From positions 250,044-314,043 of the forward strand of contig CAVPIB010000004.1 in the NCBI GenBank assembly GCA_963704885.1: a DNA stretch of 64,000 nt, given 5' to 3'. The stretch's first letter is position 1. Each line of letters opens with the position of its first letter. Both the position numbers and the translations under genes were made by a program. Below the pieces are notes generated by a model. That model had not been told where the DNA came from and searched no databases. It saw only the letters and a program-made list of their open reading frames with translations. Shown piece by piece: positions 1-5,545 of the stretch. The DNA comes from an uncultured Actinomycetes bacterium (GTDB lineage Bacteria; Actinomycetota; UBA4738; HRBIN12).

Positions 1-338
1 TCGTCCTCGCGGCCCAGGAGGCAGCAGTCCAGGCCGTCCGCCCGGGTGTGATGGCTCAAGAGATCGATCGGGTCGCCCGCCTCATCATCGACGACGCCGG
101 GTTCGGCGAGCGATTCTTCCACCGGACCGGTCATGGGATAGGCCTGGAGGTTCATGAGCCGCCCTACATCATCGAGGGGAACGAGACGGTACTCGAGCAG
201 GGGATGACGTTCTCAGTGGAGCCGGGGATCTACCTGGAGGGAACGTTCGGGGTGCGGATCGAGGACATCGTGGTGGTGACGGCCGACGGTGTCGAGCGCC
301 TGAACCGCTCGTCTCGGGAGCTCCACGTCGTCGACTGA
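1..338 (+). CDS. M24 family Xaa-Pro dipeptidase/aminopeptidase P, C-terminal part (5' truncated by window edge)
   Basis: HRTGHGIGLEVHEPP, EPGIY and GVRIED metal-binding motifs of the pita-bread fold. Confidence 0.9.
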   Translation, partial: VLAAQEAAVQAVRPGVMAQEIDRVARLIIDDAGFGERFFHRTGHGIGLEVHEPPYIIEGNETVLEQGMTFSVEPGIYLEGTFGVRIEDIVVVTADGVERLNRSSRELHVVD

Positions 339-348
339 CGAGCGGACG

Positions 349-367
349 CTAGTCTGAAGCGGACTAG
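349..367. repeat. Inverted repeat CTAGTC-N7-GACTAG between convergent peptidase and cysS; possible terminator
   Basis: Arms at 349-354 and 362-367; overlaps the cysS TAG stop. Confidence 0.4.
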
Positions 368-1755
368 TCCCGCGGGCGGACCTTTGTTCCCTCGGCGGTG
401 TCCATGACCTCCAACCCCAAGGCCGTGAGCCGATCCCGGATCTGGTCCGATGCCTCGAAATCCTTCACGGCGCGAGCCTTATCGCGTTCGTCCATGAGGG
501 CGCGCAGCTCGCCGTTCGGCTCCCAAAAGGTGGTGGCCTCGCGCTCAAGATCCAGGCCAAGCACCTGGTCCCACGACGCCAACAGCCCGTACTTCTCGGC
601 ATCGGGAACGTCGGGGGAGCGGACCATGTCGTTCACCACGACGACGGCCGCCGGCATGTCCAGGTCGGTAGCGATCGCCGTCCGGAAGCGGTCGTCGGAA
701 CTGGCCGCCGCCTCGCCGAGGTCGGTCGCTCCCGGCGCCCACCCCGCCATACGCCGGCGCAACTGCTTCACGCGATCGTCGGCGTCCTTCATGGCGTCCC
801 ATGTGAAGTCCATCTCGCTGCGGTAGCGCGTCTGGAACGTGAGCCAGCGGAACGACAGGGCATCCATCCCTTGCTCGATCAGATCAGGCACGCGCACGAC
901 GTTTCCGGTTGACTTCGCGATCTTCTGACCCGACAGCCGGAGGTGACCGCCGTGAACCCACACCGAGATGACCTGATGTCCCACCGCGCCCTCGGACTGC
1001 GCGATCTCGTCCTCGTGATGGGGGAAGCGCAGGTCGCTGCCCCCGGTGTGGATGTCGAAACGATCGCCGAGGTACTTCATGGACATGGCCGAGCACTCGA
1101 TGTGCCACCCGGGGAACCCGTCTCCCCAGGGAGAGGCCCACTTCATCACGCGTCCGGGCCCGGCCGACTTCCAGAGCGCGAAATCGGCATCGTTGCGCTT
1201 GCGCGGATCGGTCTCGAGGTCTCGGTGTCCCGCCTTCAGGTTGTCGAGGGTGTTGCCCGAGAGTTTGCCGTAGCCCTGGAACGACGTCACGTCGAAGTAG
1301 ACCGATCCCGTGTCGACGACGTACGCATGGCCGCGCTCGATCAGTCGCTCGGTCATCGCGATCATCTCCGGGATGTGCTCGGTTGCCTTGGGCAGGACGG
1401 TGGGCACGCGTATGCCCAGCGCGGCCATGTCCTCCAGCGCGGCCTTCGTGTACTTCGCGGCGATCTCCAGCGGCTGCAACCCTTCGTCCTCCATCGCCAG
1501 GAGCATCTTGTCGACCGCCTCGGCGGAGGATTCGTCGGTCATGTGGCCAACGTCGGTGATGTTCATGACCTGCGTGACGTCGTAGCCTTCGAACTCCAGG
1601 CCGCGCACGATCAGGTCGCCCAGCATGAACGTGCGGAGGTTGCCCAGGTGGACGAAGCGGTACACGGTTGGACCGCAGGAGTACATGCGGACGTGTCGAT
1701 CGTCGACCGGAACGACCTCGTCCACCTGACGCGTGAGGGTGTTGTACAGCCGCAT
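364..1755 (-). CDS. cysS: Cysteine--tRNA ligase
   Basis: MRLYNTLTR start; MYSCGPTVY, HLGN, GFPGWHIECSAM and DIHTGGSDLRFPHHE motifs; KMSKS variant KIAKS. The ORF-track extension to 2058 is spurious. Confidence 0.97.
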   Translation of the reverse strand: MRLYNTLTRQVDEVVPVDDRHVRMYSCGPTVYRFVHLGNLRTFMLGDLIVRGLEFEGYDVTQVMNITDVGHMTDESSAEAVDKMLLAMEDEGLQPLEIAAKYTKAALEDMAALGIRVPTVLPKATEHIPEMIAMTERLIERGHAYVVDTGSVYFDVTSFQGYGKLSGNTLDNLKAGHRDLETDPRKRNDADFALWKSAGPGRVMKWASPWGDGFPGWHIECSAMSMKYLGDRFDIHTGGSDLRFPHHEDEIAQSEGAVGHQVISVWVHGGHLRLSGQKIAKSTGNVVRVPDLIEQGMDALSFRWLTFQTRYRSEMDFTWDAMKDADDRVKQLRRRMAGWAPGATDLGEAAASSDDRFRTAIATDLDMPAAVVVVNDMVRSPDVPDAEKYGLLASWDQVLGLDLEREATTFWEPNGELRALMDERDKARAVKDFEASDQIRDRLTALGLEVMDTAEGTKVRPRD

Positions 1756-1763
1756 AAGCGGCC

Positions 1764-1769
1764 AGGATA
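1764..1769 (-). promoter_or_regulatory. -10 box (TATCCT) of probable leaderless cysS transcript
   Basis: TANNNT hexamer 8 nt before the ATG, no SD. Confidence 0.5.
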
Positions 1770-1792
1770 CCCCGGAGCCTGAGGTAGCTCCC

Positions 1793-1921
1793 CTACTCCT
1801 TGTCCATGTCCGGCCGCACGGGTGTGTCGGCCAGATGTTGTGGTGATGGCGCTGCGGTGGGCGGCATCGCGGAGTCCGCCGGGTTCGGCGGGATAGGCAC
1901 CGCGATCCCTCGACGCGACAC
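1793..1921 (-). CDS. Possible 42-aa Pro-rich small protein
   Basis: AAGGAG 7 nt before GTG at 1921; reads (M)SRRGIAVPIPPNPADSAMPPTAAPSPQHLADTPVRPDMDKE*; no recognisable family. Confidence 0.25.
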   Translation of the reverse strand: MSRRGIAVPIPPNPADSAMPPTAAPSPQHLADTPVRPDMDKE

Positions 1922-1959
1922 CGCCGTGCTCCTTGTGAGCCCGCAGCGCGGCGGTGTTG
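1916..1959. other. 15-bp stem-loop between lrp and cysS
   Basis: CGACACCGCCGTGCT-N14-AGCGCGGCGGTGTTG; fully paired on + with two G-U pairs. Confidence 0.6.
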
Positions 1960-1981
1960 AGTTCTCGAGACCAGGAACGCT

Positions 1982-2425
1982 CTAGGTGGGCAGGGGGCGG
2001 CCCTCGAACGGGATCGAGAGCGCGATCGTGGTGCGGGTGGCCACCCCTGCCTTCTCACGCAGCCTGCGGATCAGATCCTCCAGATCGCCGGTCGTCTTCG
2101 TCCGCACCTTGAGTATGTAGCTGGCCTCACCGGCCACGCTCAGGCAGTCCTCCACCTCCGGGAACTCCGCTACCCGCTCGGGCAGGTCGTCGGGTTGCTG
2201 TGGGTCGAGCGGAGTTGCCGCGATGAGTGCGGTGACGAAGAGCCCCAAGGCATGTGGGTCGACCTCGGCCCGGTAGCTGCGGATGACACCGGACTGCTCC
2301 AGCTTGCGCACTCGCTCGTGAACGGCGGATGTCGACATACCCACGCGCGCCGCGACATCTGCATAGGTCGCCCGGGCGTCCATCTGGAGCGCCGCGATGA
2401 TGTCCAGGTCGCGCTCATCCAGCAC
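1982..2425 (-). CDS. Lrp/AsnC family transcriptional regulator
   Basis: LDERDLDIIAALQMDARATYADVAARVGMS HTH; C-terminal GEASYILKV RAM domain; GTG 6 nt after TATGAT. Confidence 0.95.
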   Translation of the reverse strand: MLDERDLDIIAALQMDARATYADVAARVGMSTSAVHERVRKLEQSGVIRSYRAEVDPHALGLFVTALIAATPLDPQQPDDLPERVAEFPEVEDCLSVAGEASYILKVRTKTTGDLEDLIRRLREKAGVATRTTIALSIPFEGRPLPT

Positions 2426-2431
2426 GCCGTC

Positions 2432-2437
2432 ATCATA
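2432..2437 (-). promoter_or_regulatory. -10 box (TATGAT) of leaderless lrp transcript
   Basis: Hexamer 6 nt before GTG 2425. Confidence 0.55.
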
Positions 2438-2500
2438 GGGGAGTCGTCGGTGGCGGCCGGGGGACACGCGCGGGGGACGATCGTGGCTCGGGTCGGCCGA

Positions 2501-2530
2501 TTGTGCCCGGCGCCCCTCTGCCGTTAGCGT
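2501..2530 (+). promoter_or_regulatory. Putative sigma-A type promoter of the RT gene
   Basis: TTGTGC (2501-2506) - N18 - TAGCGT (2525-2530). Confidence 0.45.
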
Positions 2531-2543
2531 GCGCTTCCTCGAG

Positions 2544-2573
2544 CCTCCCTCTTAAGACGCACGACGAGGGAGG
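2544..2573 (+). promoter_or_regulatory. Leader hairpin sequestering the RT ribosome-binding site
   Basis: CCTCCCTC (2544-2551) pairs perfectly with GAGGGAGG (2566-2573), which is the SD of ATG 2578; 14-nt loop. Confidence 0.6.
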
Positions 2574-2577
2574 GTTG

Positions 2578-3315
2578 ATGTCGCTTCGACCAGGCCCCAC
2601 GCGACCAGCGCTGCGTGGTCCGATCCGGTGGGGATCCGCGCCCAGACCGCGAGGGGGAACCAGGGCACTCGCGCGGTTGACGACCGAGGATGCCTTACGG
2701 TTCACCGGCACGGTCGCCCAGGCGGTTCCGTTCGTGGAGCGAGCGCGTGGATGGGAGGCCGTCGCCAACCGGGTGTATGGATCGGACCCGCGGTGCGGCT
2801 TCTTGTCCCTGGAGCCGTGGGCGAAGGCTCGCGAGCGCTGGAACCGGGGGCTCCGTAGGCTCGAACGAACGGCCCGGGTCATCGCCATCACCGACGTCAG
2901 GGAGTGCTACGCGTCCATAGGCCCTTCGGTCGTCCAGGACCAACTGGCGTCCCTGGGAACACCCTCTGGTATCGCGAGTGAGGTGGGGCGCTGGCTCGAG
3001 CTCCTCGGCGATGCGGGGGTGGTTGGCCTGCCGATCGGCCCCGAGGCCTCCGTGGTGCTCGCCGACGCCGTACTCCTGGCAGGCGATATCGCCCTTCGTA
3101 CGTCAGGGATCGCGCATCTGCGCTGGGTCGACGACGTCGTCATCGCCTCGCCTGATGCGCGGAGCGCGGTTCGGGCCCTGGATCGGCTGCGCCGGGCGTG
3201 GTCGACCGTTGGCCTGGAGATCAACGACGCCAAGACCCAGATGCTGGATCGGGATGGTTTCGGTGCCCTTCGCGCCCGATCGAATTCGCCCACGGGTGCT
3301 GCCTCGCTGCGATAA
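2578..3315 (+). CDS. Stand-alone minimal reverse transcriptase (RNA-directed DNA polymerase domain, 245 aa)
   Basis: PRPRGGTRALARLT (fingers), TDVRECYASI (motif A, Asp codon 2893), GLPIGPEAS..LADAVL (motif B, 3025), RWVDDVVI (motif C, 3121-3144), GLEINDAKT; ends about 25 aa later. Confidence 0.9.
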   Translation: MSLRPGPTRPALRGPIRWGSAPRPRGGTRALARLTTEDALRFTGTVAQAVPFVERARGWEAVANRVYGSDPRCGFLSLEPWAKARERWNRGLRRLERTARVIAITDVRECYASIGPSVVQDQLASLGTPSGIASEVGRWLELLGDAGVVGLPIGPEASVVLADAVLLAGDIALRTSGIAHLRWVDDVVIASPDARSAVRALDRLRRAWSTVGLEINDAKTQMLDRDGFGALRARSNSPTGAASLR

Positions 3316-3324
3316 TCGCCTCCG

Positions 3325-4839
3325 GTGAAGACCCTCCTGCGCGCGGCTCGGGTTCACACGCTCGCCTTCCCGGAGACCGGCGAGTGGGTCCTGGTGGACG
3401 GCAGGCACATCCAGCGGGTGGGGAGCGGGGCGCCGCCGGTGGCCGACCGCGTCGTGGACCTTCCAGGTGCGACGATCCTGCCGGGCTTCATCGACACCCA
3501 CGTGCACCTCACGGCGACCGGGCTGGCCCTCACGAACCGCGATACGGAGCAGGCGGCTTCGGCCTCGGAACTACTAGACCTTGCCCGGGCCCGCGCCTCG
3601 GGAGGTGACGGACCGATCTTCCTCCGAGGGTTCGACGAGACTCGATGGGACGACCCCAGACACCCGTCCATGGAGGATCTGGACTCCGTGACCGCCCGGC
3701 CACTGGTTCTGCAGCGGGCCGACGGTCACCTCGCGCTCGCGAACTCCGCGGCCCTTCACGCTGCCGGCCTGGCCGACGATGAGGAGGGCGTGGATCGCGA
3801 TGCGTCGGGCCGCCCGACGGGAAGGGTCACGCGGGAAGCGCTTCACCGCTTGGGTCGGTGGACGGCTGGGTCGCTCGACGACCACGCGATCCAGGAGCTC
3901 CAGCTCCAGGCGGCGGCGCTCGGCGCGTCTCGCGGCGTCACCGCGGTGCACGAGATGTCCATGCCTCACTGGTTCGGCCTGCGCGACCTCCAGGTGTTCC
4001 TGGGTCATCGAGAGCGGCTGCCGCTCGACGCCGAGCCGATCGTTGCCACCATGGACATCCCTCAGATCATGGATCTGGGACTGCCGGCTATCGGCGGCGA
4101 CCTACCCTTGGACGGATCGATCGGAGCTCGGACGGCAGCGGTCATGGCGCCCTACGCGGACGAGGCAGGCGCCGGAGCCTCCTACCACACCGATGACGAG
4201 CTGGCCGCGTTCTTCCAGGGCGGTCACGTCGCTGGACTCCAGGTCGGAGTCCACGCGATCGGGGATCGCGCCATCGAGCAGGTCTTATCGGTGTGGGAGC
4301 GCGTGTATCACGCGCTCGACTCCAGGGAACGACGACACTTCCGCGCGCGCCGCCACAGGGTGGAGCACTTCGAGATGGCCACCACGTCGCAGGTGGAACG
4401 CGCGGCCATGCTGGGTCTCGCGGTCTCGGTGCAGCCGACGTTCGACCGGTTGTGGGGCCAACAGGGCGGCCTCTACCAAGCGGCGCTTGGGTGGGACCGG
4501 GCGAGCTTGATGAACCCGTTCCGAACCATGGTCGAACGGGGGATCGAGCTCGGGGCCGGTTCGGATACGCCCGTGACGCCGTTCGACCCCATGATGTCGA
4601 TCGCTGCGTGTGAGTCGCATCACGCACCGGGGCAACGGCTCTCGAGGTTCGAGGCGGTCCGTCTCCACACAGTGGGAAGCGCGCGCATCGGACACCAGGA
4701 GGAGAAGAAGGGGGCGCTCGGCCCCGGAATGCACGCGGACCTGGTGGCGTTCGAGGAAGACCCCATGACCGCCACCTCAGTCGAGGATCTACGCCCGATC
4801 CTCACTCTCTCGCTGGGCCGGGAGGTCTTCGCGCGATGA
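3325..4839 (+). CDS. Amidohydrolase_3 / YtcJ-like metal-dependent amidohydrolase
   Basis: PGFIDTHVH, HAIGDRA, RHRVEH and GSDTPV motifs. Confidence 0.92.
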   Translation: MKTLLRAARVHTLAFPETGEWVLVDGRHIQRVGSGAPPVADRVVDLPGATILPGFIDTHVHLTATGLALTNRDTEQAASASELLDLARARASGGDGPIFLRGFDETRWDDPRHPSMEDLDSVTARPLVLQRADGHLALANSAALHAAGLADDEEGVDRDASGRPTGRVTREALHRLGRWTAGSLDDHAIQELQLQAAALGASRGVTAVHEMSMPHWFGLRDLQVFLGHRERLPLDAEPIVATMDIPQIMDLGLPAIGGDLPLDGSIGARTAAVMAPYADEAGAGASYHTDDELAAFFQGGHVAGLQVGVHAIGDRAIEQVLSVWERVYHALDSRERRHFRARRHRVEHFEMATTSQVERAAMLGLAVSVQPTFDRLWGQQGGLYQAALGWDRASLMNPFRTMVERGIELGAGSDTPVTPFDPMMSIAACESHHAPGQRLSRFEAVRLHTVGSARIGHQEEKKGALGPGMHADLVAFEEDPMTATSVEDLRPILTLSLGREVFAR

Positions 4840-4875
4840 GATGGTCGCTTTGTCACTCTTTGTTGGCCGCTCAGC

Positions 4876-4905
4876 TTGACGCTTCGGACATACGCGGCGT
4901 ACCTT
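4876..4905 (+). promoter_or_regulatory. Sigma-A type promoter driving an intergenic transcript
   Basis: TTGACG (4876-4881) - N18 - TACCTT (4900-4905). Confidence 0.6.
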
Positions 4906-4911
4906 TCGCGT

Positions 4912-5080
4912 CGCGTCACCGCCCCGGCGGAGGCGCACGGTAGGACCCAAGAGGCTGAGTAGAGAACGCGGCGCCCCGGCGTCGCGGCCCCAAAGGTCTC
5001 TTGGGTCCTTACCTGTTCTTGGCCCTTCCTCGCTCCTCGGGGAATGGATGGAGGCCCCGCGGTGTTGTGCCCGCGGCATC
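4912..5080 (+). ncRNA. Candidate structured small RNA, 6S-like architecture (or long structured leader)
   Basis: 15-bp stem 4939-4953/4998-5013 with one bulge; 14x12 internal loop; apical stem 4968-4985; hairpin 5026-5044; possible closing stem 4912-4922/5059-5069; flanked by two promoters. Confidence 0.5.
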
Positions 5081-5081
5081 G

Positions 5082-5110
5082 TTTGCAGCGTCATTCGACG
5101 GCAGTACAAT
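5082..5110 (+). promoter_or_regulatory. Promoter of DUF4193-lnt/ppm1
   Basis: TTTGCA (5082-5087) - N17 - TACAAT (5105-5110). Confidence 0.6.
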
Positions 5111-5165
5111 CCGCGCGCGACCGAGGCGGTCGAAGCTTGGAACTCCGAAGACATCGAAGGACCGG

Positions 5166-5543
5166 ATGACTGACATCGATGGATCCGTGGAGGACGACGA
5201 AGTGGCCGGCTCCGATGAGCCGGACGACGCCGAGCCCTCCGAGGCCGATCTACAAGGCGCCGCGGTGCCGGCCGAGCCCGTGGACCCCGCCGATCCGGTG
5301 AACGCCGAGGTGGAGTCGATCCAAGACCTCTTGGTGAAGCAGGAGGCGAGGGCCGAAGAGGAAGAGGCCGAAGACGAGGACGAGCCCGTGGTCGCCCTCA
5401 CGAAGGACGAGCGTCTCGAACCCGTGGAGACCCGCGTAGAGCCGATCCAGTCGACCGAGTTCGTATGCAAGAGGTGCTTCCTGGTCAAGCACAGGAGCCA
5501 GCTGGCAGACAAGAAGAGGATGCTCTGCCGAGACTGCGCCTGA
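5166..5543 (+). CDS. DUF4193 family protein (acidic, C-terminal Cys4 zinc finger)
   Basis: EFVCKRCFLVKHRSQLA...CRDCA C-terminus; GAAGGA SD before ATG 5166. Confidence 0.88.
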   Translation: MTDIDGSVEDDEVAGSDEPDDAEPSEADLQGAAVPAEPVDPADPVNAEVESIQDLLVKQEARAEEEEAEDEDEPVVALTKDERLEPVETRVEPIQSTEFVCKRCFLVKHRSQLADKKRMLCRDCA

Positions 5544-5545
5544 AG

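Noticed and set aside
1756-1981. T-box leaders upstream of cysS (also checked trpS and tyrS)
   Set aside because: No T-box consensus or specifier loop, and -10 boxes sit right next to the starts.
1756-2058. N-terminal extensions in the ORF track (cysS, pheT, trmH, rluB, gcvH and others)
   Set aside because: They overlap neighbouring genes; conserved N-termini and SD or -10 signals support the shorter starts.
2528-2573. H-type pseudoknot upstream of the RT (CGTGCG/CGCACG plus the SD stem)
   Set aside because: The first arm overlaps the predicted -10 box and so would probably not be transcribed; worth revisiting only if the TSS maps further upstream.
2438-3315. RT as a retron
   Set aside because: No VTG motif or region X, and no convincing a1/a2 repeat: only a bulged 10-bp pairing (2444-2455/2558-2567) in 70% GC DNA. 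No effector gene.
2000-4839. RT as group II intron, DGR or CRISPR-associated RT
   Set aside because: No domain 0/X or DV-DVI RNA, no TR/VR pair or avd gene, no cas1 or array; the flanking genes are intact.
4912-5080. Assignment of the intergenic RNA to tmRNA, RNase P, SRP, 6C or a TPP riboswitch
   Set aside because: Their hallmark sequences are absent; only a short GCTGAG resemblance to TPP.
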